A DNA stretch of 54,636 nt, counting the filler, from Dirinaria sp. TL-2023a (taxonomy: Eukaryota), in the NCBI GenBank assembly GCA_051941275.1. It is 2 parts of 2 records of this genome, joined end to end, with 100 filler letters (N's around TTAATTAATTAA, not from the genome) between each part and the next. Parts side by side here need not be neighbours in the genome. Positions count along the whole stretch, not along the records: positions 27,443 to 54,636 come from JAVEBF010000146.1; 1 more part is not named here. The stretch is one strand, 5' to 3'. The number at the start of each line of letters is the position of its first letter. The stretch's first letter is position 1. Shown here one piece after another: positions 35,428-48,320 of this stretch. The position numbers were made by a program, and so were the translations under genes. Below the pieces are notes generated by a model. The model was not told the origin of the DNA. It did not search any database and worked only from the letters and a program-made list of their open reading frames with translations.

Positions 35428-36420
35428 TCAAGTGAGGGGACCAATATGGTAAGGGATATTCTTGAAGCCACCAACAGGCTGCCTTGGGTCATCTTCAAAT
35501 TCTGTTAATGCCCTGATGACATATCCGAACTCGTCTTCGCGCTGTTCGTCGGTGTCTTCCCCGTCGCGAAGAGCCAAGAGCAGCTCATCGACAGCTTTGT
35601 ATCGAAAGCGCAGCTCTTCATCTGTTCTGGAACGCCACTGGTGTTCGATGAATAGAAGGCATTTCTCATTTCCTTCCTGACTTGCCCATGCATTCTGGAA
35701 GAACAGCGGCCCTTTCTCGAGCCAGATCCAGGCAAGCCAGTGCCTCCCGTGTAGATCTAGTTCATCTTCATAGTCACCAGGATCCTCTTCGTCGCCTGGC
35801 TTAAAATAATTTCGGTCATGAAGCTTGAGACCCCAAAACGCCGGCACTAAGAAGTTTAACATGATCATGAATTCCATTCGTTCACGGAAAGGTAAATCTT
35901 TGACAAAATTTAACCGATGCTTGTGAACCAATGCGTCAAGTTTTTGCTGCTGATGAACATTATCAAGCCCGACATGTTGGTTGTCAGCTTTTACCATTTT
36001 CGCAATATCCGCAAGACGCCAAAGCAAACTCCAGCCTACTTCAACGCGAGCTCGGATCAGATCTCCGCGAGGATCCTGGGCACTGATATTTTCTGAGCGC
36101 TTCTTCGGGTAGCTTTCCCCTGGCAGTCTGTCATCATGGTGTTCGACAGCCACGCCGGCGAGCCATCTGACAACCTTAACCCGGTTGTGAAGTTGAATCA
36201 ATGACCTAATGGAGGCTTTCGAACAATAAAGAGGTCGATATTGATGGAGTTCGAGATCATCATAGCACCGCTTCAGAACAGTGCTACAAACCGTTGTCTC
36301 GTATGTGTTGATGAGATCGTAAAGTACTCTACTCGTAAGACGGAGATTCTGGATTGTAGGCACATCGCTATACTGCATTACCTGAAGCAGAATCGTACCT
36401 GATAGTCGCATTTGATCCAT
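35428..36420 (-). CDS. F-box-like domain protein
   Basis: 330-aa intronless ORF whose N-terminus LSGTILLQVMQYSDVPTIQNLRLTSRVLYDLI matches the F-box pattern. Confidence 0.7.
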   Translation of the reverse strand: MDQMRLSGTILLQVMQYSDVPTIQNLRLTSRVLYDLINTYETTVCSTVLKRCYDDLELHQYRPLYCSKASIRSLIQLHNRVKVVRWLAGVAVEHHDDRLPGESYPKKRSENISAQDPRGDLIRARVEVGWSLLWRLADIAKMVKADNQHVGLDNVHQQQKLDALVHKHRLNFVKDLPFRERMEFMIMLNFLVPAFWGLKLHDRNYFKPGDEEDPGDYEDELDLHGRHWLAWIWLEKGPLFFQNAWASQEGNEKCLLFIEHQWRSRTDEELRFRYKAVDELLLALRDGEDTDEQREDEFGYVIRALTEFEDDPRQPVGGFKNIPYHIGPLT

Positions 36421-37340
36421 AGTAGCGCTTTTTTGTGAGAATAGCTAGACAAAGGAAAGCCTTCTGAGCGTAAAAGGTGACAGAGCAAAGAGAGACTAAA
36501 TCTAATAGATGCCCAATCAGACAAGGTGGCTTAGGTACCTGATCCGTAGGCTATGTAGGCTAACGGCCGTCTAATATGACGCTTCAACCAACGACCATGT
36601 TTGAGCACATTTGGCATAAGAACAAGTTCTGTACCAACATTGCTGATGAGTTTCGTACGCATGAAAGGCCGCATTCGAGCGGCACAGCAAAGTCAAAGGC
36701 TCAGATAAGCATAAGTATTGTGGTGGATTATGCGATCAGGATTTCCCTGCTGCGGGTTCCCTTCCTCCTCCCATCGACCTCAGCACGGCCAAGAATCCGG
36801 AGGCCGTGCCACCTCGGAAGCCGACAAAATCCTAAGTATACAAGTATACAAGTATTGTTAGCTGAACATGCTACCAACGACAGGTTGCTCCACGTGTCAC
36901 ACAAATTACATAACGAATGGCTTTGCCACTCCCGTCGCCCAGCATCAGTTCGACGCATATCGGCCAACAGACTACAGGGAAAAATGCCTTGAAAAAATTT
37001 CTAGTATCGACTACGCTCAAGTGTTCATAGGCCTAGGGTATCTGCTGCAATAAGCACAGATAGGCGGATCTGGCTAAATGTTGCAGCCGAAATTCGCTCA
37101 CCACGTCAAGCTCATGACAAGTGATTGGAATTGCTGTCGACTCCAGCGATAGTACAATTATCGCGGTCTTTGCGCACTGGCAGCGTTGAGAGCGATGAAT
37201 ACTCCTCGAATTATATAGGCTAAATCTTGAGGCGTATTTACTCGCCTCGATTGTTGTAGAGAGTTGGATTGTTGGAACATATGATATCACCGTCCCAAAT
37301 GTGCATTATCCGAACAGAGTAGTATGTACAATCTGTGCAA

Positions 37341-38450
37341 TCACACCATGCCACATAGCGGACGAGGCAGTCCTCCAGGCAGTGAGCTAGATCTGGAATT
37401 GGGCTGATCTCGGTTAATACCAACGTATGCCTCTCGCCGTGCTGGATCGCCAACAGTTATGGACCAGGTGCGGAGGCCATAGTATGTGGCGATACTATGA
37501 ACAAGCCATCGTCTATCGCCGCATTAGCGAACTCAGCCATGGAGCCTTGAGCTGTGAGGCGTACCCAAAACTGGCGCTCTGATCATCAGCCAGGCTACCA
37601 AAGACAAGCTGATCTCTGGGTATATCGATTTCTTCGCCCCTTGTCAAGCTTGGAGACGACGGGATATCGCTCATCTGCCCATTCTTTCCAACGAAAACTA
37701 TCTCCTCGTCTTCAGAATCGTGGACTTGATGATCCGCAAGCTCGGCCTTCGCCTTTTCTTCCCAGCTTTGAACGAAGTGCCTCACTTGCTCTTCAAGATC
37801 CCGCAGGAGACCTTTAGCGGCTTTCGCCTTCTTGAGTCTACCTCTGAGCTCCCTGGTGATTCTGCTAGCGTCCGAATCCTCTAAAGAGGCGCTCTTGACG
37901 GCGTGTCGTTGAGACTTCTCGCCAATAGCTGTCGTGGCGACCTTTTCATCCCAAAGCGGGGCTAGGTAGTATGGGACTGCATGTCTAGGATGAGTAGGAT
38001 GTACCTCCCAGTCGGTAGGCAGCGGCGGCTGTGCCCAGGGGTTGTTCAGAAGTCGGTCTGGTAATAGTAGCTACAGTCAACCTTCGACATGGTGTACGGT
38101 GATATTGTGGTGTTACCATTCTCCCATCTGCGGCGTTGGCGACTACCTTCCTTGCCTTTTAGCAAAGCCTCCCGCCGCTTCAGACTATCACGGCGGATGG
38201 GTTCGCGTCGAGGACGGCTGGAGGGTTCGGGATCGCGAGTCCGCTGATTACTGCTTGCTGTGGGATTTGAAGCTGGATCGTCGTCTAGCGGGATGGCAAG
38301 CGACTCGGATGTCCCACGGGCATAGGATGGTGATGAAATCGAAACGGTACCCAACGCTCGTGTGGCATGTTCTGTCCATGCTTCAATGTTCATCGGCTGC
38401 GCAGATGGTGTGCTCTGCACGTAGAATCCGACTTTCGGGTACGCTGCCAT
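37341..38450 (-). CDS. R3H-associated N-terminal domain protein (3 exons)
   Basis: IEAWT, RRDSLKRREALLKGKEGSRQRRRWENDRLLNNPWAQPPLPTDWEV, and R3H-like GRWLVHSIATYYGLRTWS. Confidence 0.88.
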
Positions 38451-38842
38451 GACTGTTATCAGGACAAGGTGGTGGCGAAATGGGGAAGGAGCTTTAGGAC
38501 TGGCACAGAACATGTAGACTCATAGAGGAGCTGTGCCAAGACCGCGGATCCTGGAGCTTGACGCCATCCATAAGGTACCTTACCTTACTGTCCTGGCTAG
38601 CGTGATCAGGGCCACTGCCCAGTGAGACTAACTGAATGTCGCCCGGCCGAGCACCCAAGCTTACCACCCGAACGAGCCCGTTTACTACCTGGGAACTACC
38701 TGTGCCTGCCAAAGCCGAACTGTAAGGTCTGGTACCTAGTCACCTAGATAGCCTCATCTTGGCGAGCTCCGCACATCCCAAACTCCTACCTGACCTTCAG
38801 CTTCCTCAAGCCCAGATCTCGCTCCTCCTCTGCACCTCCACC

Positions 38843-40034
38843 ATGCAGTCTGGCATATCAGGTATATCAAAAACCCCCAAATCGCAATCACCATAACCCA
38901 CTAACCCCCCCTACCCCAGCATCCACCGATCTCCACGCTGCCTTCTCCTCCTTCCTCTCCACGCCCTCAGCCTTCGCTCTCCTAGTAACCATAACCGGCG
39001 AATCGCTGACCCCGCTCGAAACCATTTCCTCCTCGAACTCCTCCTTTCATTCCTCGCTCCCACTCCTGACGCCCTACCTCCAGCCCACGCGACCTCTCTA
39101 CCTCCTACTCCGGCGACATACCTCCGATGCATCTCTCATATGCGTAACCTACGTTCCCGATGCGGCACCGGTACGGCAGAAGATGCTGTTTGCGTCGACG
39201 CGGCTCACGCTGACGCGGGAACTGGGGCCGGAGAAATTCCGGAACAGTATGTTCGTCACGGACCCTACGGAGCTCGAACCGGAGAGCTTTGAGAGGTGGG
39301 AGCGGAGTGAGGAAGGTGCTGAGGGCGAGCAGCCATTGACTCGGGAAGAGGAGGCGGAGAAGAGGATTAAGGCTGGGGAGGAGGAGGTTCGACAGGGAGC
39401 AGGGACGGGAGAGAGGAGATTGATCGGTGGCGGCGGGATGAAGATGGCGGTTGGGGCGGGCGTGATGGAGAAACTGGAAGCGCTGAGCAGGGGAGGGGAG
39501 AATTTGGTTATGCTGGTATGTTTTGACGCAAGGGACAGCGTGGGAAAATGAAGTAAGGTTTGAAGACTAACAAATCTGTGGTCGCAGAGGATCGATGTCA
39601 CGGCGGAGAGCATTGAATTGGCTGGCACTGCAACGACCAATCCAGCGAGTTTGGCAAGCAGTATCACGGACGACGAACCGAGATACTCATTCTTCAGGTA
39701 TTCAGAGTCCAGCGACGCACCAGAAGGGCCTCCTATCATCTTCGTCTACACCTGCCCGTCTGGATCTAAGATCAAGGAACGCATGTTATATGCGAGCTCT
39801 AAGCTCACTTTTGTGAACGCTGTCAAAGACGAGGCTAAGCTGAACGTTGTGAAGCGGGTAAGTCAGCCTGACTTCACTATCCATACATCCATTTTGGTAG
39901 ACAAGCTAATATAGACTTAGCTCGAAGCGTCAAGTCCGTCAGAGATCACCGCAGATGCGATAGAAGAAGAGTTCACACCGAAACAGGAGCAGAAGCAGGG
40001 CTTTTCGCGACCTAAGCGGCCAGGTAAACGGTAG
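38843..40034 (+). CDS. TWF1: Twinfilin (two ADF-H domains), multi-exon
   Basis: MQSGISAS, TYVPDAAPVRQKMLFASTRLTL.RELG, PRYSFF, FVYTCPSGSKIKERMLYASSK and tail FSRPKRPGKR. Confidence 0.95.
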
Positions 40035-40103
40035 CGGAACAATCAAGGACAAGGAGCCCAACAGACAAGTCCGAAAAGTGCGCATTGTGGCACAGAAGAC
40101 CGT

Positions 40104-41296
40104 TCATTCTTCGTACTGCCCGCTTACAAGCGGTATATGGCTTCCCTCCAGCAGACCCTTCAAATACTCGTATACAGTGAACGTCACTGCCTGGCCAGGC
40201 GCAACCCTCATTATCCGGGGTGTAATGCCTTGATAGAAAGCCTTGAAGCCTTCCTGCTTGAACATATCCCTTCCAATCGTCCGAATCCTCGAGATAGCCG
40301 TTTCTCCTGGCTGAGCGGGCGTCTTCTGCAACCTGGTTTTTATCGTGTCAATCGGCGCATTACTTAACGGCCCCATCGCTCCGGATATCAGACCTATTAC
40401 CATGGTCTGGTAACTCGGCAACTCTTTGTTGTGATACGCTGGCTGCGCATTTTGCAGCAAAGCCTTGAATTCAGTATACGCGCTGAAATTGACCGCTTGG
40501 TTTGTGCCTTGCCGCAACGCCGTCAAGGACACGCCACGATAAAGAGCGCCAAAGCCTTCTTCCCGAAGTACGGTATATGCTGCATGAGCCGCGTTTCGAT
40601 ACTTGGGTATGTCAAGTGGGTCGGCCATTGAGTGGTGCTGAGCCTGAAGCCGGATTTTGACCACTTCCATGGGCGTTACTACAGCAACAGCTTCCGTCAC
40701 TCCTGCAGCCAAACCCGCTGTCGAATAGCTTAGCAAAGTTGCTTGTGTGGAAGGAAACGCGGCAGTGGTGAGATACCAAAAAAGGTTGCCCTCCCACTCA
40801 CAGCCCCGGTCTCCTTATTTGCCAGCATTTGCTTATACCACTCGTACGAGGTGAAGCGGATTGCCATTTTGGGTACGATACCTGTCAAGACCGCGCCGAG
40901 GCCTTTGTAAAGACCTAGTGGTGTTTCTCGCTTCACGATATCCTTGCCGGTTGTCCAGAAGTTGCGCCGTTTCGCCTACGTCTTGGTCACTTCGGAATGC
41001 TCCATTTCCTGCCCGCTCGTACATACTCCACGTGCTCTTGCTCGCCTCGAAAGCTGCATCCGAACTTTGATCGTGTCTGCTTCATCGTTAGCAGGATTTT
41101 GCAAGCGCTGTGAGCTACGACCGACCTAGGGGATGGCAGACCAGAGCTTCCATCATGCCGGCGCCTCCTCCAGCTATGAAAGCCTTTTTAGTATATGCTC
41201 GCAAACGCGCTGGCGGGGCCAGGATGTACCAATGAGGTTCGTTGCCGCTGAAGCGGGCCTCTTGCCTTTTGATCGATTGATACTCTTTGCAGACAT
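40104..41296 (-). CDS. SFC1: Mitochondrial succinate-fumarate carrier
   Basis: AGGGAGMMEALVCHPLDTIKVRMQL, VTPMEVVKIRLQAQHHS, SNAPIDTIKTRLQ (three carrier signatures) and GITPRIMRVAPGQAVTF. Confidence 0.93.
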
Positions 41297-42303
41297 TGCA
41301 ATAAGGGTCTACGAAACAGTCTTGATTGGAAAGAAGCGAATTAAGGAGATGCAGGCAAGGAGACAATCTGAAAAGACTAGAGAGATTACGGAGGACGAGA
41401 TTGGGAAGATGTTCGAGTACTCTGAGGTGTACTCGATGATGTCTCAGAAGAAAGCAAGCTCAGTGACCCAGGAAAGTCGTTTGACAGTATCAGTATGGCC
41501 TTGGCCAGTCAATAGACCGCGGCAGCACATAGCTTCGGCAAACACAAGCTTCCCCTGGCTCGTGAAGGAAACATCAGGGCGAGCGGAACGGTGTTGAATG
41601 GATGAAAGGGCAGCATCCGGTTGGACAAGTGCAATCCTCCTTCGAAGCTCGCACAATTGCCCCGCCCCCCGTCCTCTAACATCTTGCCTCAGCTATTCCA
41701 GATATAAGGGATACCGTGAAGAGTCTTCAATATCAAGTTAAGGTTGATGGCTCTCCTCATACCTTAGGGAGCTTTCTTTTTACCATTAGCATGTGCATTT
41801 TGTCGAACATGTGAAAAGCCCAAATAAGAGTTCGCGGGGAAGCGAAGTTCAGCCGAACCGAGGCACGGCCGGGGCCCCCGAGGCCCCTCAGGCAGACTGA
41901 GTCCTGAATCCTTTCGGATAGGGCTTTAAGATCGAAAGTCCTGTCAGTATGGTTGATTACCCGTATGTTGTTAAGATGTGCTTTGGTATCTAGCGTCGCC
42001 GTAAGGTATCTCACAGAGTCCGATAATGAAAAACATTCTTCTCATTATGTGATACGTGTAATTTGAGAATGAGCAGGTAGGGTGTTCAGAAACAGCTCTT
42101 CATCAAATCGGGGTACCGTGTGTCCTTATAAGACGGTTAATGCTGTAATCTGACTGCTGTATCATATAGAAATATTCGGCTTCTAGCAATAGGCATTAGC
42201 AAGTTCGTATACTTATAGCTGCATGTAGCTCACTGGCGTTTTAAAATATCTTTCGACTCCGACTTTACTAGTTTGTTCTTCAGAAAGCTAAGGTACGTGC
42301 TCT

Positions 42304-43639
42304 TCATAGTAAGCTCTTGGCGCCTCGATTGAGGCCTTCGAGCCATTCCTTGAGTATTGCGTTGACTTGATCTGGAGCTTCCCACAGAGCCCAATGATGA
42401 GTATCAACGGACTTCTTAGTCAGATTAGGAAGGTACTTCTCCATTCCTTGAAACATAGCTGGTGGGATCGCCGCATCCTTTTCCGCTTGAATAGAGAGTA
42501 CCGGTATGTCAATGGTCTTCCGCGAAAGCCTGAATGTTCCAATATCAGTATGACATAATTTGGGATGGCTCTGCGGTCTCACTGAAGCTCGTCATGGAAA
42601 TTTTGTTCTCTTGTGCAGTACCACTTCACTATCAGTCGGTTAGTCCCACCTGGCTGTTCTGTTCAAAACACAATTCTTACATGTCCCATGAATCCCATTC
42701 CTCGCATACTGACTGACATAGTAGTCCATTGTTGCTTCATCCACAAGCTCAGTCTGGTGGACGTGAGGTAAAAGATCAAAATGTAGGCCATCCTTCACGT
42801 CGAAGGCTCTAGCGTGATCCGGAGATCTCCCTAGGTACATGCAATTAAGTAGCTGTCGGATCTGATCTTTCGAAACGATATTTGTCCCTACAGTGCCGCT
42901 AGCAAACTGCAATTGATATCCAAGGTTGGGTAGCCTGCCGCTTTTCACCAGGGTTTCCATTGACACAAAGTCCCCTTTTGCAGCCCAATAAGGGGCGCAG
43001 ACCGAGAATAAATGTGTAACGAATTCTGGATGCCAAAGGGCAATGCGATATACGATAGCACCACCCCTATTCAGCTCATTAAATTCGCTTGAGCATAACA
43101 TGCCATTCCTAGCTTACCAATCATGGCCGCCGAGGATGGCTTTCGTAACGCCAAGTTGTCGAGCCAATTCTACCATGTCATCTGCGGCTCTTTTGAAAGT
43201 GTAAAGGCTGATTGAACTCGGAGGAACCTTTGGCGCATCCTGACAGACTTCAATTAAGTCTCCTTAACCGACAATGGGTGGGGACTAAACCGTTCCACCG
43301 TAGCCCATCATGTCAGGACAGACTACTTGGTATCCTAGGTCCAATAAGAAGTGGACTTGGTTTCTCCAGCCCATAGATAGATCCGGCCATCCATGTATCT
43401 GGTCACAGAATTTACAATTGGCTCAGTATGAAGAAGGAGGAAGAAAACATCATACGAGGAAAATGGTAGCCTGGAAATGGTCTCGGGGACGACCAAGTAG
43501 ATAATCTGTGACGAAATTCAGGAGGAACGAGGGATGCAAGCTGACAGAAGAGTGACATACGGTACCTCTGCCCATGGACATAGGCAATACGTTGAGATAC
43601 CCGGGCATCACCAAGAAGTGTGATTGCGCTCATATCCAT
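42304..43639 (-). CDS. Alpha/beta-hydrolase, soluble epoxide hydrolase-like, multi-exon
   Basis: IHGWPD oxyanion motif, PDMMGYGGT, nucleophile GGHDWGG split by an intron, and HWALWEAPDQVN. Confidence 0.92.
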
Positions 43640-44021
43640 TGTACTGGTAAGTCTTTGGTCTTGTCTGGACCCGTAAGCCGAGACATGAGAAATTGAGACA
43701 CGAGTCACCGTAGGTCAAAAGTACCTTATGATACATTATGCAACTATACCTTAGCTCCTCCATGACGATCAGCCGAGGCTTATCACGTAACCATCATCTA
43801 CGCTAGTTGTTGAGTATGAAAGCCCACCGCTTCAAGATGGGATTCCGTGTGCGCAAAGTTGGAATTCGTGATCATCGAAGTGGAATGAAGTGGCAAGTAA
43901 AGATGTCCGCTTTGGAAGCTGTACGGGACTGCCAAGAGCAAATCCATGCCAATAGCTCTTACCTAAGATCTTACTTTGATATTGCATATCCTTCTAACCC
44001 GCCTTGCTTTTGGAGGTGGCC

Positions 44022-45076
44022 TCAGTATATGACAGTATCTTCAGCCGCCTCCATGACCTCTCCACCGTCATCGTTCTGGTCTTTTAGTGCTTCTGCCGGT
44101 TCAGAAGTTTCCTGAGAATCAGCAGGCTCGGTTAATTGATCTGCGTTAGTAATGCCCGATTCTCCCCGGTTCGGGTCTTCTTCTTTGTCAGTATTGGAAC
44201 CCACCGTGTCCTCTAAAGCTGGCTCGCTTTTCTTTTCCGCTTGCTCCGACACACGATCATGAGCAGGGTCTGATACGGGTAGCTGTTCATCTGTTGCTTC
44301 CTCGGCCTCACGTTGCGCAGAGTCATGTTCAATGAATCTCTCGGCCTCTACGACCTGTGACTTGATTTTGACATCCTGACTTGGTAAAAGCTCCCAGGGC
44401 TTGTAATACTGTCTTGAATTAGCTGAGCTATCTCGGCCAGCCACAATCGAGAGCTCACTTACTAGTTTTGGCTCTGCCTCTGTGCTCAGAAAGTGTGCTT
44501 GAGCTAGTAGATTCGAATGGCGAATTTGCATCTATAACAATGAATTAAATTTTCGAAAGACTCCAGGAAATCCCGCGTCTAGCATACCGACTGCTTGTCG
44601 TACTTCCGTTGTTCCCGCCTTCGAAAAGCCATAAGCTTATCAACTTGCTGCTTCTTCTTCTCATCAAATTCGTCTGCTTGTAGCTTTAGCTTTGCCTGCT
44701 GTTTCTGCTCGATGTCCGTTCGACGCTTCTGTGCTGTCGATGATGAGCTCTGGGATAGCGTGCCGAGCAGAGCGCCGAACAATCTTTGTCCACGTTTCCG
44801 CTCCTCCATCAGACCACTTTTTCGTCGTTCCGATGCTTTGTCCGTAGGGTTGGAAGGTGGTGATCGGGCATCGCTTGTCTCGTATTGGTTAACCCGCGGC
44901 CGCTTCGCATTTGACTCCGCGATCGACGACTGTCTTCGCTTCACTTGTAAAAGAGGAGAGGCAACCGGTTCCACAGTCTCTTCAGGAACGATGACAGCAG
45001 AGGCTACGGCCCTATTGGTGTATTAGAATAGCGTCGGACTAGAACGATTTGATGCTCACTTGGGTGCGTCCGCCAT
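44022..45076 (-). CDS. Pinin/SDK/memA domain protein
   Basis: EERKRGQRLFGALLGTLSQ, QKRRTDIE..QQAKL, RHSNLLAQAHFL.T.AEPKL/YYKPWEL and an acidic tail. Confidence 0.9.
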
Positions 45077-45445
45077 TGTATAGAGTGGAATAGCAGGACG
45101 AAGAGCCCGCCCTATAGCGTCAGAAAGAAATGAAACCGAATCATCAGTTAAGGCAAAGCTTGCAGGCTCTGCAGGCTCTGTTTTCAAGTGCCGGACCTCG
45201 GAAAAATACTCTTACCTTAAGGTAGTTGGACTGCGGCAAACCGGACCGAGCACCGCTTAGAAATGCGATTTCCAAACACTTAAAAGCTCTCCGAGCTCAT
45301 TATTCCCTTCAAGTAAATCATATGCTCTAACGGATGACCCTTTGTACTTCTTCCGAGCTATCCCATAGACACTGTAATTGGCACTGAAAATCTACTTACC
45401 TACTCCTACGTAGAAGCTGAACACTGCATCTTCTACGGCCTCACC

Positions 45446-45877
45446 ATGTCTCGTCATCATCCGTGAGTCTTCTAGATCCACCACAGTTCAAATTTCGCTG
45501 ACATACATTGCAGTGATCTTGTGATGTGCCGCAAGCAGCCCGGAATCGCTATTGGACGTCTCTGCGATAAATGCGATGGAAAATGCCCTGTCTGCGATAG
45601 CTACGTCCGGCCCACAACGCTCGTTCGGATCTGCGATGAATGCTCATTTGGCAATTACCAAAACAAATGCGTTGTGTGTGGTGGCGAGGTACGTTCTGGC
45701 ATACACATAGCAAGACATTCTGGGGCTAAATTCATTCAACAGGGTATTTCGGACGCTTTCTACTGTTTCGAATGCACCCGGCTTGAGAAGGATCGCGATG
45801 GGTGCCCAAAGATTATAAATCTGGGCTCCTCTAGGACAGATCTCTTCTACCAAAAGAAGAATTTCAGGAACCATTGA
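45446..45877 (+). CDS. RDS3: SF3b subunit PHF5A/Rds3/Ini1 (3 exons)
   Basis: [39 protein letters not shown]...[22 protein letters not shown]. Confidence 0.98.
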
Positions 45878-47048
45878 AGCCTCTCCGGATCTTCGATATC
45901 GACCATCTTCGAAAATTACCCAACAGCTCCGCTTGCTCATTCACGGCTGGGCGTAGCTCCAGTATACAGACAGGATTCGAACCGCGTCATGTAAAAAGGT
46001 TTAATACGCTCTGCGCTGCCACCAGTAGCAATAAGCGACTGAATCGAGTCAACATTTACGAAAGTTGGTCACAGCCATTTTCGACATCATCACAAGCCAG
46101 GCTGACTGCGCACCAGTCATGTGCAACATAAAAGCGTGAGAGTGATGGACACATTTGTCAGCATTGTCGAAGCGATGAGTCCGAAGAAAAGCTTCTGGCA
46201 CACCTCATGAGGAATGTCTTTTTGGCGTGCCTTGCAGAGGATTCCCATCATCATAAAGTAAGAAGCATGAGACACACCCAAGGATGGTTTTGGTATGATG
46301 GGCGATTCGCGACAAATCTGTTATTTGCAGATGATGGTTCGTAGTTTATCTAATACTGAAAGATGAAAATGGAATGAACACTTTTTAGAGCTGAAAACTT
46401 TTGATGATGCCTTCCATTCCATTATTGCTTCTAGCTACCTTACCTTAGGGCTGGAGCATGCTGTAATAATATATTACGATTAGCTCAATACGTCGCTTCT
46501 ATCACGGAATGAGGGAAGGACTGCCCCTGGCGAGCCTGGACCATCGAGTCCACACCAACCCCTCCTACCCCTCGCGACGCAATGCAGATGCAGACTTATC
46601 GGCCACACTCCACAGACAAACTATGGGGAGACGCGCAGAATTTCCAGCCAGGGTGGCCTCCCCTGTCCGTTTCGGATGGCTAACGAGAGGATGCGGGTTG
46701 GCTTCTAGAAGGTCTTGGTGGGGAAGAAAAACCCCCACTGTTCATGTGCACCGGATCGTCCTCTAGCCAAAGTATCACACGGGCCTTTGAACCCCACAAT
46801 CAGCTGCTGAGAAACGGGGGGTTTTAGAACGGAAATGTTGTTTAGATCCAATTTCCCAGGTACAATCTTTGATGTCGCATGCTCCTGTACATATGCCTTG
46901 AATCACGCGAGCGTAAAGTCAACGGACTGCTGTCCTTTGTTGAACTTGCATTGCTTGGAAGCTCTATCGCTTGCGGATAAGTAGAGAGAGACTCAGAGAG
47001 GATTGGCCATTTCTTCCACTACATCCTCCCAAAGAAAAGTTTTCAAGA

Positions 47049-48320
47049 ATGATGTGTTCCACGACAGAGGTTCTAGAGCAGAAGAGGAAGCAGCTCGAAC
47101 AGGAAATTACCGATTTTAGAATACAGAAAGAAAATGAATATCGAACCTTCGAATGGCAGCTCTTGGAAGATACTGGTGATGCGAATGCCCATACAGCTCG
47201 CCAAAGAGAAAATAATGTGCCACCGATTACCACTTCATCTCGAAAGCACCCATATCACCACGGGACTTTTGGGATCAAAGCGACTGGCAAAATCGGACAA
47301 CCCACAGGAGATATCTCAGATAGCCTCGACGAAACCAAGGATATTGCTCAAGTAGACGTACAACAACCAATGTCAACAGAGTCGAATGGCCTGCGAGATC
47401 CTGTGGGAGGCTCATCAGGTAGGACACGGTTCCACGAGCGGGAACAAGAATTCCAAGGACTGTTCACACCAAGCTACCTCCCTCTCCTGGATAGTAAGGC
47501 CAAACTGGAGTTGAAGTCTAACGATCAAGGAAAACCAAATCAGGGATCTTCTACTTCTATATCCTTGGGCTCGCGCGAGGGTTCACGAGGGAGTAATGGT
47601 GTGCAGGCCAATTCAACATACTCCTCCGCATCATTTCCGGATTCTCATTTTCGACCTTCGCTATCCCCCACACCTGCTCATGTTTTATCAGCCAGCGTTC
47701 CTCGTCAGCCCGTTCATCAGCGCACATCCTCTTCGCGGTCTGATACGTCTTTAGCGAGTCTGAGAAGTAGTCTTCGAGACCCTAACCAGCCTCGTTCACC
47801 CAAGCGTGTGCTATTCTCTATCGATAACCTCGTCGTATCGCCAAGCACCTCCCCTCTCATGAAACGAACCAGCGAAGGGTCGGAAACTCGTTCATCAGAT
47901 CTTGGCAGAGCGTCCCAACCAGCAGGCGACTCCGTCCGTGCGGACAGAAGATCAGATGATAGCGCTTGGAATGTATTGCCGTGGAATAAAGCCAGGTCTG
48001 ACGACAAACTTTCTAATGGCTTTATGCCCAGGAAGCCGGTTACATTCTCTGCTCTCGCATCATCAAGACCTATGATAAACTCTTTCCCATCGATCGATGG
48101 TGACGACTTCGAGCGTATTGATGCCGATGTTGACCTTTTCGCTTTTGACGAGGATATTGGTGCAGAGAAGCATGCTTACCAAGAAAAGGAGAATCCCGAA
48201 GACGGGCTTGAATCTGACGAAGAAGAGGCCAATGGTGGTGCGTTGCCGACCAGCTCGCCACATGCAGGAAGTCTACCAATAGAGATTAAGTGGCCGTCTC
48301 GACTGAGCGCGAACGGCTGA
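47049..48320 (+). CDS. Conserved-type hypothetical, largely disordered protein
   Basis: Long intronless ORF with an N-terminal coiled coil (LEQKRKQLEQEITDF..QKENEY), HEREQEFQGLFTPSYLPLLD, SPKRVLF, DLFAFDED and GSLPIEIKWP. Confidence 0.8.
   Translation: MMCSTTEVLEQKRKQLEQEITDFRIQKENEYRTFEWQLLEDTGDANAHTARQRENNVPPITTSSRKHPYHHGTFGIKATGKIGQPTGDISDSLDETKDIAQVDVQQPMSTESNGLRDPVGGSSGRTRFHEREQEFQGLFTPSYLPLLDSKAKLELKSNDQGKPNQGSSTSISLGSREGSRGSNGVQANSTYSSASFPDSHFRPSLSPTPAHVLSASVPRQPVHQRTSSSRSDTSLASLRSSLRDPNQPRSPKRVLFSIDNLVVSPSTSPLMKRTSEGSETRSSDLGRASQPAGDSVRADRRSDDSAWNVLPWNKARSDDKLSNGFMPRKPVTFSALASSRPMINSFPSIDGDDFERIDADVDLFAFDEDIGAEKHAYQEKENPEDGLESDEEEANGGALPTSSPHAGSLPIEIKWPSRLSANG

Noticed and set aside
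45973..45984. Perfect B-box GGTTCGAATCC on the minus strand downstream of RDS3
   Set aside because: No cloverleaf and no convincing A-box at a suitable distance. At most an isolated TFIIIC site.
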